Below are positions 43,501 to 57,863 of a stretch of DNA of 64,000 nucleotides, in pieces. Within the stretch, counting starts at the first letter, position 1. Every line of letters starts with the position of its first letter. The notes beneath the pieces are model-generated. The model searched no databases. It was not told where the DNA came from and saw nothing but the letters and a program-made list of their open reading frames with translations. The stretch covers positions 7,378,001-7,442,000 of the forward strand of contig CP075495.1 in assembly GCA_021613535.1 (NCBI GenBank). The letters run 5' to 3'. The position numbers and the translations under genes were made by a program. This DNA is from Adineta vaga. Its lineage: Eukaryota; Animalia; Rotifera.

Positions 43501-46500
43501 TGACTATCGATAATAAATGTTTTTGTTAATAATGTAACAATTAATAATTTATCATCGAGATTATTCGATTGATAAAGTGAAGAAAATTGTGACCAACATG
43601 TATAAATTCCATCGACAAATTGTCGGCCATATTGTTGACGAATATCTTTTTCTCGACTACATAGATCGAGAACAGTACTTAGAAAAGTAACAACTGACCG
43701 ACATTGTTCAACTGAATTAATTTCACCAACATTATTGATGATAAAATGTGGAGTCATACCAAGCCAACTTGTTATTTGATGCTTAAATAATGTTAAAAGA
43801 TAAGTACCAATGGTTGTCATACCAGAATCTGTATGAATACGAGTTGATTGAAAGAAATAGGGTAATACTTCATTTGGCTAGGAAAAACAAGGAAAGATAA
43901 TCGAAAAAGAGAAAATTATAAAATGTTACTTTAATGCCAAGATGTATAATATAATCAAAAAGAGATTGTAAAGCACGTTGTATATCAACTGTAAGAACAA
44001 GATTTGCTTTATCAAAATCATCTTCATGACTAATCATTTTCTATTGAAGAACCAGAAGATAGACATGTGAATGGAAGAAATTAGAATTCATACTGTTAAC
44101 ATTATTGTCCAGAGATCTTTAGCATATTGTTCAGGTTCTTTTGGTTTAGCTAGTAAACGAACATCATGAAGAAGACGATGACCACGAGATAGAGTAAAAA
44201 TTAATGGCCAACGAATTGAATTTTGATTTAATTCATTCATTAAATTATATATTCTAGAAATAGTGACAATTGAATGAGATTAATTGTTAGTTTAAAAGAA
44301 CTTCATATTTACCCATCCGTTTGTGTCATTTCTAATGATATATCATAGAATGGTTGTAATAATTGATCAGGTAAATGATTTGTCATGGATTTTAAAAGAC
44401 TCATAATCTAAATCAATAGTTTGAAAATAAATATTTCAAAAGAAAAATATCATCTCATACTCTTTCGGGTAATTTCTTATTGATCTCTTCATTATTCATA
44501 TCAAAACCAAGTTGTGCTGGATTAAATACACAAGTTAATATTAATTTAACTAGATCATGATTATAAAATGAAGGATCAATAGCTCGCATTGTATCTTGAG
44601 GATATTTTGACCAAAGTGCTGTAATAAAATTGAGTAAACGAACAATAACTGTACATTTAGCTCTAGAAAACAAAAGTAAAACTTTCTTATCGAGAAATCG
44701 ATTTCTCGAAATTTCAGTCTTACGTTTCAAATTGATTCACATCTGTTGGAGTAAATATTTGCAATTGATTAGACGACGGAAAATATGTGACCAGATTCGA
44801 TAATGAACTCATAGAAATTTTACTAATAAAATAGGATAATGCAAGAATTAAACGACTTTGTTGATTAGTATCTGGAATGAATGAATGAATTGAATTAGAT
44901 TAGTTATGTTGAAAGATATATTTACCTTGAAGTAACATTGGATTGAGAAATCCTTGTGAAAATACCCAAGTATAACAATCTAATGAAGCAATAATTGTAT
45001 CAAGCCATTGATAAACAATAGCAACTGAAAATTCTTCATTCATATCAATTAAACATGTTTGATTTGCTAAATTTGCTTTGAATTTCGTTTTCTTTTCCTT
45101 ATTTAATGTTCCTTCAAACCTGAAATAAACTATCTATTATTAAAAACTATTGACAATTTACTCATTTACCGTTCAATAAAATAAACATTACCATCGGATT
45201 TAACTTTTAATTCAAAATATTCTCGTATCGATCGAATACCTTTTGTTTTTTTATGAAAGAAAAACAAAGATCTTTTTTATTTTCTTTTTTTTTTTAAAGA
45301 AAGACATTCTTACCAGATAGTAATGGAATGAAAGTACAAACAAGTTCAATACATTTTCGTCGAGATTCCGTTTCAATTCTTCCACATTGTCGAAGTAACC
45401 AACGAATAGCAACATCCAGTGTTGCTTCAGTCCATGATCTTATATAAATTATAGAAGATAGATTTTTCGTCACATAGCAATCAATCCTTACGGTGGACGA
45501 TGACGTTTTGATGTTTCTTTAATAAATAAGTGGGATTTTTCCTTAATAATTCGTTGCACATGAGATAAAGCACCAATTGCTTGTTGTTGAGTACCTAATG
45601 ATGGATCATCCCCTTGAGCGATTGATAAACTTTCAACAAATACATAAAGTAATTGAAGAGTATAAACGTCGACTAAAGTTTCCGATTCTCTAAAATATCA
45701 GATCAGATTTCTTATTAGAAGAATAAATAATAATTGAAAACGTTTTTCTCTGTACCGATAAAGAGTATAAATTGAATTCCATGCTAATGTTGAACCGAGT
45801 CTTTTAAAACTATTTGGATGCATCGAAAAACTAATAATACGTTTTAGTATTGATGTAGCATTTTTTAAATAAGCAGATTTGTCGAAATCACCAGCATGTT
45901 TAACTGTCCATTTGAGAAATTCTTTTAGACAAACACCGCTAAAATCTCGAATAGATGCATTACGTCTAGATATCATACCATCCTATAGAAGTTAGAATGT
46001 AAATTTAACAAATCTTCTGAAGATCATTTCATACCATAAAAGTATCGAGCATTGACATTGTTTCAGGATTTTCATAGTTTTGATTTTTTGTAAACCAATG
46101 TATCATTTGAATCATAAATGTAGTAAATAATGTTTTTGTAAACTAAAATAATTGAATGATAAATATTAAAACTAGAGAAGACCTATTTTTACTTACAGTA
46201 TCTGAATCACATGAAAGTTCAAGTATAGCCGGAAATAGATGTGCATAGAGTTTTTCATACGATGCCTAAAAACATTTATTCTAATAATGTTGATAGAATA
46301 AAGAGAGAATACAAACAGCAGCATTGCTTCGATTATTCGCACTTTTTCCAATCATATAAAGCATGATGGATTGAAGTAATTCACAAGCTGTTATTTTAGT
46401 TTGACGATCCGAACTATGTAATGATAAGTCCACAATGCGTGGAAGAAAAATATCTAAAAGATTAAATATGATTTCGATAGAAAAAAAAGAAAGACATGTA

Positions 46501-49500
46501 AATAATACCAAGGTGTATTGTTGGTTTGATATCATCGAATGGAACGTTAAATGTTAGATGATTTTCATTATCCCATGCTACTGCTTCTTTTACTAAATAA
46601 TTTGATGTATCATCAATAAGAAAATGATTAGTACGATTGCCCAATGAACCAAGATATTTGAGAATACGAAACTGAACTCGACGAATATCACTATCTTCGA
46701 AAAGCTAGAAAGAAATGAACTTGATTACGATATAATTTAAGATCACTGAGTTTTTTGTTTCTATTTGCCAAAGTGTAAGAAATAGATATAGTAATATCTG
46801 TCTAAATAACCACACTACCCGTTGTATATGATCAGACATATCATAACGTACATGTTTAATTTGTTTTGCCTTCTTCAACATTCGTGTTGGTAGTACAGTT
46901 TTGCTTCTTGAATTCAATCGTGTCTTCTCTTGCAAAGATGATATAATCGCTCGAACATTTACATCATCACCTAAAATTATATGTCAGTTTGATCATAGTA
47001 GTCCATTCTGTAAATATTCATATGTTATACCTTGATCATGCGATAAACGTAAAAAATCATCAAGATATGGTAATATTTGATCATAAAAATTCGGTAAATT
47101 TAGTGATGTTGATTGTGACCATCGTTCAAGACTATTGATTGTTTGTTCAGCCAACGGTAAATAAGTTAAACCAATACTTAATGCAAGCTAAAATATGTTT
47201 ACAATTATTGTCGTATTAAATTTCAATAAAAATTGTTTACTTGTATGGCTGGAACATAATCAGCAAAATCATAGTCAATACATTCGGACGGTAATGAAAT
47301 AATAAATTGTAAACACGAAATCAATAGATCATCTCGATATTGTTTTTGACGAGAAAGTACTTCATGTGCAAACCGTCGAACTAATGTGCAAACTGATGCA
47401 ACTTGTTCATTTTCATTGATATCGATTTCCATCATTTCAATACCACCACGAGTTGTTGGTATAAATCGATCAGACTAATACAAAAAAGAAAAAGAAGGAA
47501 ATACTTTTCATATAAGAAAGATGATGAATGATTAAATAACATACTTTAAAATAATTGAGTTTCAAACATATATTCATTACTAAAGTAGCGAATCGATATA
47601 TACCACTTACTAATGGATATCTATATTGAAATAAATCATAAATATGATTTGAATCGATTTGTATTTCTTGTTGAATTTACTTTGTTGAAGTAGCAATTAT
47701 TTCATAGAGAAATCGGAATATCCATTTTTGAAATAGATCAGGTGATTGTTCAGGTAATAAATCTCTACGAAGAAAACAACAGAATTTTTGTTTGCATATC
47801 GGATGATGAGGATAAATTTTGAAGAAAGTTGATTTTCTTACTGACAAAAATCGACAAGATTATAGAATATTTCAAAATCTTTTGGTTTTACAGGTTTCAT
47901 TCCAAAAACAGGATCTGTTGTTGTTGTTGTTCCATCATCATTTTCATTCTAGAATACATTTCTGTTTACAAACAAATTTCAATTCTATAAACATTTTAAA
48001 ATTACTTCAGTTTTTTCTTTTTCAACACTTAAATCGAGTCGATCAATAATATGTAAAATTGAATCAATCATTTCGTCATATAATGAGACAAGCATATTTT
48101 GACGATCAAAGATCGGATATGTACTTGTAGCAAATTCTTTCAATGAAGTTACACTTAAAACTGTTTTCCATAATGGAATATAATTTTCATATGTAATCGT
48201 TTTTCCAATAGCCAAAAGAGATTTTGCTTTATCTTCTGGTAGATCCGGTTCAACATCTTCTAATTGTTGTTCAACAGTAGATTTTAATGGATGTGAACAA
48301 CAACGAATAATTGCTTGACTAACTAAATAGAAATAAAATAATGTTTGTTTCTCTCTCTACAATCAATTGATCAAGCTTACCAATTCGTGTTAGAAATGGT
48401 TTATAAGATGTTGGTTTTGTTTGTAAAGCTAAAATCATTTTAATTACAGATGAACATGTTGTTGCTTGTGGTTTAGGTTGATAACGTGGATAATAATCAA
48501 TTGTCATGACAGTTAAACGTTCTAATGGACCAAGAAATTCTTCACCGATCTAAGAACAATTGATAGTATGATAATAAAATTCAGATTGTTTTGTTCTATC
48601 AATCTTACATTTGTCATTTCAATAATAATTGCTGAAAGTGCATCTAATAGATTGGGTAAAGCATAGAAACGTTCGTCGAAAACATCTGACGCCTGTGATA
48701 ATGTAATTGTTGGCATAGCAATTTGTTCACATCGTTGAATTAAACCAACAAACATGAATTTAACATCTTCTTCAGTACCATAAAGTTTACAAGCCTAGAA
48801 AACAAAATTTTAAATCATCAAATAATAATCTATCGAAATTGAACTATTCATCTTACATTTGCAAAAATTCCATAACCACGAATACCCATTGCTAAATCTC
48901 GAATTTCTAATTCTGGTGAATCAATTCTATCTCGAAATTCTTTAATAAAATATTGAAATGTTTGTACAGCACGACGACGTTGTTCCGGTGTTTTTACATT
49001 TGTTACTTTTAAAGCATTTGCTACCTACAAAGAAACATTACAACACGATCGTCTATTTTAATTTATCAAATCTTACTCCAAGTAAAAATGTATCGTACGC
49101 ACGTTGTGCAATTTTTTTTACATCATAATTATCATGTGCATTCCATGTACGAAGACAGCGAAGTATATCAGGATAATCATCATATAAATATTCAGTAAAG
49201 AGGGTTGAATGTTGAGCAAATAATTCCAATCCAGCTAGAATATATTTCATATATATAGATTAGAAGAACTAATATTTATTTGAATTACCTTTAACAAGTG
49301 CATATCGATTGAGATTAGTTTGATCTTGAGTTTGAATTGCACGTGATGCATAGATATAAATACGTTTTAAATCTGATTCACATCGAATTTGTTCTTCTTT
49401 TAGACGTTTATCATCTTCTTTACTTTTCGTTCGAATTAATGAAGACTGTTGAACTAAATCAATAATATTCCTTAGAAATTCTTTTCTATCAATAATCAAC

Positions 49501-50529
49501 TTTTACCTGATGTTGATGATGGTACAAAATTAAATAGATAATAGATTAAACCTTCCATAGCACCAGCAGCAATTAACATTTCAAACTTCACAACATTTCG
49601 TACGAGCTACAAATACATATAAATACGTTCGATAAAGTTTATCTGATTGGAATGCATACTTGTTCATGTAAATACTTTAAATATTGTCCTAATAACAATG
49701 GATCAGCATATTTACGCATATGTTCAGGAAAATATTTACATAATAAACCCAAAAAAGCAAAGGTAAGTCCTTTAACTAAATTAAATTCGAATTTATCAAT
49801 CATATTTTCATCGACAATCATAAACATTACTTGTTGCTGTTGTTTTCGAACTTTGCAATCCGATCAAATCCAGAAAAGCTGTTGCCATTTTATCAATTTC
49901 ACTTTCCATATCTGGAAATCCTGCACTCAATTCTATCAACTGAAATCAACAAAACTTAGAATAAAATTTCTCATTTTTCTCTGTCTTTTGCTAAAGTTTA
50001 CCTGTGATAGAACAGGAAAGACAGCAGCTCGAACATCAGATGCATTATCAACATTAAAGATTACTAATAAGACTGATTTGAGTTCAACAGCATGTGGAAG
50101 AAGTTTATTTGAAGCAGTTTCAACAAAAAATTTCAGAAATTGAAGAATTTCAATTTTCGTTTTTTTCAACTAAATAAAAACGATCATTGAAGATTTTGTT
50201 CTTCAAACGAAAGCAGAACAGAATTTATTTACTTCAGTTTTTGAACTTGCACGTCGAAGAAATGTTAAAATATTTCTTTGTCCACCAAACAATGCAGATA
50301 AACACATAACTTGAAGAAATTTCAGATGGATATGTATTGAGAAATAAAAACGATCTATTTTCTTACCTGTTTGCATTGATGATGGTTGTTCCGAATAAGC
50401 TTGAGCTAAATCAGCTACAAGTGTTGAACATTGTTCGTCCACATCAGGAATTTCACGTAATCGATCAAGATTATCATGTATTTCCGCGATATAATTATCG
50501 AAATTTGATGTTCCTGAAGCTTCAGTCAT
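34600..50529 (-). CDS. PRKDC: DNA-dependent protein kinase catalytic subunit, apparently full length, many short introns
   Basis: Start MTEASGTS at 50529; N-HEAT motifs (DIFLPRIVDL, RQTKITACELL, HPNSFKRLG); NUC194 region (MDELNLHPCM); KYRTYRIGELPDIQI; FAT; kinase FLVKGGEDIRQDQRIE, LGIGDRHQSNFL, IGIDFG, PELIPIRLTRQ; FATC DQATDIDILGRSWAGLETFM-TAA. Confidence 0.97.
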
Positions 50530-50771
50530 CTTCGAATAAATTTGATGATGATGAAGAGGAAAAGTAGTACGAAACGAAACGAAAAGACCCGCAAATGAAC
50601 AAAGGCCCTCTTTTGAACGAATAAGAAAATACATTACTGACATCTGAGATATTCAAATAAAACTATAGAGGCTATAACTAAGAAGAAAACTTTGATCTCA
50701 TGTGAATAATGTCGAAGCGCGTTTGAATTAGATTGACCTTTTTTTTTATAGTTATAAAACATTAGAAATAA
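50530..50771. promoter_or_regulatory. Putative bidirectional promoter between PRKDC and CEP104
   Basis: Divergent start codons only 242 bp apart; contains TCGAAGCGCGTTTGAA at 50712-50727. Confidence 0.6.
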
Positions 50772-53700
50772 ATGCCAAGAAAAATTCATTTTCAAGTTGT
50801 TTATTCATCAAGTTCGGATGAACAACATCCTGCTAGTGAATTGAATCATCATGGACCATTAGTTAATGGTTGGCAAAGTGCTCGTTTTTCCTCTTATCCT
50901 CAAGAATTAATTCTTCAATTTGAACATTATGTTCGTCTTCGACGTGTTCAATTACTTGCTCATCAATACCTAATTGGTAAAGCTTTTCTTCAAATAAATC
51001 AATCAATAAAAACATGTTTTTTAACAATGAATTTTTAGCATCAAAAATCGAATTTTTCCTCGGAGATTGTACTTCAGATGAAAGTATAGCGCTTGAAAAT
51101 GCACGTTATACTCGTCTTGGGTAAACTATTTAGTTTTATTTCCTTCAAATTTAAATCATTTTCTTTCTCACAGATATATAGAACTATCAAGTAATGAACG
51201 AACAGATTTTAAAGCACGAGAACTCAAGTCAATACATGTTGATGCTGAAGGAATGTTTTTAAAATTGATTATACATAAAAATTATCAGAATCGATTGAAT
51301 TTATACAATCAAGTAAAATTTCATATAGAAAAAACTAGATTCATCAAGAAAATTCTCTCTTTTATTGTTATTAGGTAAGCATTGTTGCAATTAATTTACT
51401 CGGTGATGATATCGATAAAGTAAGAATATTATCATTGATCTTTGATAAATACATATTGAATATATTCATAGTCGCATGAAAATAATGAAAATCAACCAGA
51501 TTTAGTTCTAACTCGGTAAGTATTGAAAGAGTTAAAAAGATAATTTTCATGAATAATGTTTTTTTTATAGATCGGATCAAATTTCTATCCTTGATGATTT
51601 AGCATTTGCTATGTATCAAGATCCAGAAATAGCTGCAATTATAAAAAATCTCGATCGGAAAAAACAAGAATGTGTGCAGGGTAAAATTAACATGAGAAAG
51701 AAAATCGTTTCTTCTTTTAAAAGAATTTTCTTTGATTTCTAGAAGAAAGATTTGATCAAGCACGAAAATTTAAACAAGCTATACAAGAATTAATCAAAGT
51801 ACATTAAAATTCATCGTGAAAATAAAACATAACACTCATTTTTGTAGGTTGGTGAACGTCTTGCACGTTATGATGTCGAAAAACGGCAAGCTATTGAAGT
51901 AAGCGATGAGAAATGAAACCATAGAAAAATCTTTTCCTATTAATTCAAACTTCTAAAAAATAAATAATATATTCTTTTCTTCTTTCGTGATATTTATTTT
52001 AGAATGAAGATTATGATGTTGCACAAACAAAAAAAGATAAAATGGAACTTTATCGTGCTGAAACGTATAAACAATTACAAGTACTTAATCTTCTCGATGT
52101 TGTTATTGTAAGTGAAATCAAACAAAACAAATGATATTATTTCTATATGAAATATTATAGGAAAGTGGAAAAGGAACTGATTTCTTAAAACGATTACAGG
52201 AAATTATAGATAATGAACAACGTCATGAGAATTTTAGTCAAGAGGTATATAATAGTTTCATTAGTATTTTATCTATCCTTCAATTTTCATTTTAGTCTCC
52301 TCGTTTAACTAGACAGCAACAACATGGTAAATGATCTATTAAATCAATTATTATAGTTCATCATTTTCTTTAGGACGTACACGTAATACTGTACAAAATC
52401 GTCGTTCTCCAGAATCGACTGTTTCCTATGGTGTACCGCCAACCATACCTGAATCATCTGGATCTCCACACCCGATTCATACGAATGCAACACATCGAAC
52501 AAATACTCATGCAGGTGGAACTAGTCGAGGTGGTTATGTCTCGCCAGATTATCCAAAACCACGTACTCCCTATGAAGATAAAGTTATTCCAACATTACGA
52601 AATCGTAATCGTCCAGATGGAGGACATACACAAGGTTCAGTTCCAGCAAATACAGATGCTGGAGGTATGACGAATGAAGAAACTGAAAGTATGTATGGTG
52701 GTACGAATCCGGCACCAAATGATGATGCAACAGCAGAATTAACTCAGGCTGAAATGATTGAAGCTAATCAAATGATGATTGTATTCGATAAACAATTGGT
52801 AAAAAAGAGATAGTTTTGCAAAGTTTTATTTTATTTTTCTTCTATCGATTGATGCTCATCAATATTTGATTTAGGTTGGTAAACTTTATCATCGAAATCA
52901 TGCTCAACGTGAAGAGGCTTTAGATGAAATTTATCAAATATTAAAATCATTTTCGGGTGATCAAGAAGATGCACGTGCTTATTTACGTGCTGGTAGTTTT
53001 GTTGTCGCACGAATGTTTCGTTTTGATGTTTTTGCCACATTTTCACATTCATTAAAACTTTTTCATTTACTAATGAATGATTATGTTCGACAACATTCCA
53101 TACAAAAACAAGATATCATCGCTAGTTTAGAACGTGTTTTACCTGTATTATTACAACGAATAGGTGATTCGAATGCTCGATTAAGGCAACGAGCTCAAGA
53201 AGCCATTATTGAATCAGCATCCTATCCAGAATTAAAACCATTGCATGTTATACCAAATCATTGTGTAGCACCATTTAATAAAACATGTGCACCTCGATTA
53301 GCTATAAGTCGATGTGAACTTATTGAAGAATTAATGAAAATACTTGACGTTAAAACAGGTGAAAATGGTTTAAATGTTGATAATGTTAGTAAATTTTGTG
53401 CTCAAGCACTCGAACATAATAGTAAATAGATATTCTTTTTTTTATAAACTTTCATCTGTATTCTTTTTTTCTAGCCGGTGAAGTACGAGAAATAGCGATC
53501 AAAATTTTATTAAGTTTATATAAGGTATAACGAGAAAAGTTTGATGTAAAAATTTTCAAATGCATAAAATATGTATATAGAGTGATGGATCGACTGTCAA
53601 ACGTTATCTTCCGCCAGATAATGATCAAACACGCCGAATCAAAAAATATCGTGATATTTTCGATGCATTTGATAAAATGGATGGAGTAAGAGATTGTTTT

Positions 53701-54700
53701 TTTACAGATCAAAACTTGATTTATCTTGTTTTTTTCTTCTTCTTAGATAACAAATAATGATACATCTGAAACGGGAAGAAAATCTGTTGGAGTATCTGAA
53801 GTAGGGAAACGTGATAATCAAAAACAACAACAACATACTGCTCGTGAACATAATAAATCTGTACGAAAAGATCATTGATGAATTGATGAGATTTCCATTT
53901 TCCTTTCTTTCCACTTTAGTTTGATGCAAAATCAACGAGAAGTAAATCTCGAACACCAACACGATTCGATCGAAAAACACCGACGGCTAGTGTAGCCGAT
54001 GAATCAGAGTTTACTCCAGAAAAGTATGTAGAACGTATACCAATAATGAATCAATCGAGAGACAGATATAATTATGTAACATTTTTAGTACGTGTATATT
54101 TTGTGGTGAAAAAAATGAAGATTTTGTACGTGATGGTCTTGAACAACATTATTGGACGAGTTGTCCTATGTTACGACGATGTCAAGAATGCAATCAAGTT
54201 TGTTCATTCTAGTTTCATCGTTTTTTTTCCAACAATCATTATCTATTTTAGGTAGTAGAAGTTGCGATTTATGTTGAACATTTATTACGCGAATGTGAAA
54301 AGAAAGGAAAATATCAACAATGCCCGCGTTGTTCGGAAGCTATTGGAAATGATTTTGATGTTCATCTTAAACTTAAAGATTGTCATGAAACAAAACCAAA
54401 TACAAGCCGTTGTCCATTATGCCATATGAATATTCCCGAAGGTGATGAATCATGGCGTAATCATTTAATGAGTGTTGATGGTTGTGTGAAAAATCAAAGA
54501 CGACTTCCAGCATCAAAACAAAGTAATAGATAAATATATCAATAAGAGAAGTAGAAATGAAGTTTCTTTTATATTTTTTAATAGATACTTCATCTTCACA
54601 ACAAAAAGCAGTCGTTATTCCAACGTCTCAGGTTAATGTCATGAAGAAAACAACAACATCAACTACTGCACAAAAAAAAGTGCCAACTAGTGTTAAATAA
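50772..54700 (+). CDS. CEP104: Centrosomal/ciliary-tip protein CEP104, multi-exon
   Basis: MPRKIHFQVVYSSS..GWQSARFSSYPQELILQF..QLLAHQYLI; FKARELKSIHVDA; DDLAFAMYQDPE; TOG/HEAT region; C-terminal zinc fingers (CIFCGE..LEQHYWTSCPMLRRCQEC, CPRCSEAI, CPLCH); TAA 54698-54700. Confidence 0.95.
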
Positions 54701-55256
54701 AACCTGAAAGAAAAGAATTTAATTCTTACGAACAATCTCATTGGCATTTGATCATTTTTCTTCTTTTTTGTTTCGAAAATTCATTTATCTTATTGTATAT
54801 GTTCTTTATATCAAATGACATCTATTTTGTTTTTTTGATATTATCATTTACCATCATTGTTGTTCGGTAATTTTCGTTTCGTTTGTTCTATTATTATGAT
54901 GATGTGTTTATCTGAATAACAACTACGAATATTTCCGTCTTCTTCTTCTTCTTCTTCTTCTCGTGTGTTGATTTTATTTGCAAAATGAGTGATCGATGTT
55001 ATTATTTGACATTTTTTTTATGTACATATATATAGTTTTAAATAATATGTACATTATAGGATGGGTTTATCTGTAGTAATCATGCACAAATGAATGTAAT
55101 CGAAAAGAAAAATACAAATAATATGTAGTTCGTTTGGTTTCTTTCAGTAAACAAAGTTTTGCACTTCATGATCTCAATAATAATATGATATATAATTTGA
55201 TCGAGTTTTCATAGACGATGCTAATCGTATTGTATGATCGAAAATACTATGTCATT

Positions 55257-55280
55257 CTTCGTCTTCAATTGAAGACGAAG
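55257..55280. repeat. Perfect 24-bp palindrome
   Basis: CTTCGTCTTCAA|TTGAAGACGAAG. Confidence 0.9.
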
Positions 55281-56222
55281 TTAGCAATATGATTGTGATA
55301 TATCATTACTTATTTAGTGTCAACATAACTATTTCTCTCTTTTACGATTGAAAATGCACTTATGTTCGAATTTAATCAAAATGAATGACATTAGAAGAGA
55401 TATTCAACAAATGTCACTGAAATAAAAGATTATCAACCATTATATTCTTCATTTTTCATAGCCCTTCTGCACTTTGATCAAGCAAAGAGCTTTTATTACA
55501 TTTTTCTTATTCGCAAATGCACTAGAGCAGTTATTTAACTAATTATAAAAAGAAAACATGGAAGATTAAAGATTATAACACAATAAAGAACTCAGAAGGT
55601 CTTTCATTAAAATTTAATACAATATTGTCGTGCCTCAGCTACTTATTACAAAAGTTCTTTCGACTTTTAGATGATCATTTCGTTTAATAAAAAAGACTTC
55701 TAACAATAATTGTTGTATATAAGAATTATTTCAAAAGATCTGTCAAAGATGCACCTGCAATTTCTATAATTAAATATTAAATAAATCTTCTTCTATCACC
55801 ATCTGCATTTTTTTCAATTGAAGATGAAATTATATAATCTTTTCTTAATGATTCTGTTTATTCTTATACAACAAAAAAATGTCAAACACATCTTTGTTTT
55901 ATCTATAAAGATTTTCCATTAATACTCATAGAGAAAATTCTAGATCTGAGTTTGTAATTAAATCTTTAGAATATTTTTATCAACAACCTCATAACGAGGT
56001 CATAGACAACCAATCTTCTTAATCTTCATTCATATCAGATTTCCTCCTAAGAATAATTAGTTAAATTCTAGTGATGCATGTGTTTTTATGTAAAAAAAAA
56101 ACATTTTGATGTCACTTGAACTTATGTTCTCTACAACTAAAACCTGTATTTCTTGTTTACATAATCCAATTTAATTAGATGAATATCTATTTTCAAAATT
56201 ACACAAAATGAAGTCTTTCAAA

Positions 56223-57863
56223 TCACAGTTTAACAATAACAAATGCATTTGATATTGTTTCATTAGCAAAGATTAATGGTGGAGAAAGAATTGTTGTTAT
56301 ACCATTATAACCATTACTACTTTCATCATAGACAAGAATTGATTCATTTGATAAGATATTCGATTGATCTTCATCGATTGATGATGTTAGATCATTGACT
56401 AAACGGTTCTTTGAATGTTCATTTCGATTGTAATCTTGTTTATACGGTATAAATTGTAAACGAAAACAAATTGTTGGTTTTTGTAATTTCCATGAAAAAC
56501 GTAATTTCGTATGAAATATATAGAAACATAGTGAATGTATATGAGTCGAAAATTGACTTCGAAATAAATAGATAAATAGAATACACATACGTAATGGAAT
56601 CGCTGAATAAGTGAGAAGAAAAAGTGTATAGAAGAATATTTTCATAGGAAACCATTTGAATGGAGTTTGAACGAAACATAAAAGTATGATTAATAAACAA
56701 ATATAAACAAGACGAATGAGAATTGTCGAAATATGTGTGTATGTAATTAGATAAAGAAAATATTTTAAGCGAATGATTAGTATGGATTGTTTATGACGTT
56801 CAGCAGATTTTCGTCTTCCCATTGAGAGAGATTTTTCATATAATTGTTGATAATGATTTGTATTCATATTTGATATTTTATATGTATTCACCGTGATTAA
56901 ATAATAGACTAATAAAATCAAATAGATAATTGAGTGTATGAATGAAAGAAAATTTGATAAGAAGAAATTTTTCTGGCCATATGTACAACGTGTAATTCGA
57001 TAAGAGCCATGTTTCTTTTTTTCATGAATGAATTCATTTAATTGTCGATGACGTTTTGCTCGATTATGTTTTCTTTTCGTTCGATTACTTGTTGGATTAA
57101 ATAAATAATCATAAGGAAATTTAATAATTATTTCATGACCAGATCCTTCTTTATGATTATGTATGATTTCATCACTTGTATTATTATGTAAATTTTGTAT
57201 CCTGAAAGTTTGTTCATCACCTTGAGAATAACGATTAAGATCGGTCATAAAACGCGTATGTAAATGACGTTCAACTTCGGATGTATCATATAATGATATA
57301 CGAATTTCTTGAATATTGATTTCATATTTAGTTTCATTTAATGTTATTAAATGAAGTTTTTCTACTTTTAAATGTGTAATCCAATTATTGTCATAAACAA
57401 TAAATAATAAACAAGCAAATATTAATGCACGAGAATTGATACGACTTGTGTTAGGTAAAATATTATGTGTTAGAAAATAACGAATTTGATGACGACTTAA
57501 AGCAAATAAGAATATTAATGTTAAACATTGACCAGATTCTGCTGATGATTTTAAATAATATGGCCATCGACATAATTGATTATAGAATTTTTCAGTTGTA
57601 TTGTATTTCAATGCTACTAAGGAGAATAATTGTATTAAATCATAGAATATTAATGGATAAATAAATGAATTTATATATGATAGATAAATATTTGCTGGTC
57701 GATATAATAGAAGAATCACGATGCCAATCATAAAAAGTGCTGTTAAAATAATTAAGATATGAAGAATAAGAAATGATGTTGTATTTAGAAATAATTCTTC
57801 AATATCATCGAAAAATAATCTATAAATCGGTAAGAGATTCTTATCGGAATGATTATAAGACAT
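56223..57863 (-). CDS. Intronless orphan 7TM (rhodopsin-like GPCR-type) protein with a very long second extracellular loop
   Basis: 546-aa ORF with about seven hydrophobic segments; TM3-top Cys (QLCRW); SRH at the DRY position; ECL2 Cys (ITRCTYG); basic ICL3. Confidence 0.65.
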   Translation of the reverse strand: MSYNHSDKNLLPIYRLFFDDIEELFLNTTSFLILHILIILTALFMIGIVILLLYRPANIYLSYINSFIYPLIFYDLIQLFSLVALKYNTTEKFYNQLCRWPYYLKSSAESGQCLTLIFLFALSRHQIRYFLTHNILPNTSRINSRALIFACLLFIVYDNNWITHLKVEKLHLITLNETKYEINIQEIRISLYDTSEVERHLHTRFMTDLNRYSQGDEQTFRIQNLHNNTSDEIIHNHKEGSGHEIIIKFPYDYLFNPTSNRTKRKHNRAKRHRQLNEFIHEKKKHGSYRITRCTYGQKNFFLSNFLSFIHSIIYLILLVYYLITVNTYKISNMNTNHYQQLYEKSLSMGRRKSAERHKQSILIIRLKYFLYLITYTHISTILIRLVYICLLIILLCFVQTPFKWFPMKIFFYTLFLLTYSAIPLRMCILFIYLFRSQFSTHIHSLCFYIFHTKLRFSWKLQKPTICFRLQFIPYKQDYNRNEHSKNRLVNDLTSSIDEDQSNILSNESILVYDESSNGYNGITTILSPPLIFANETISNAFVIVKL

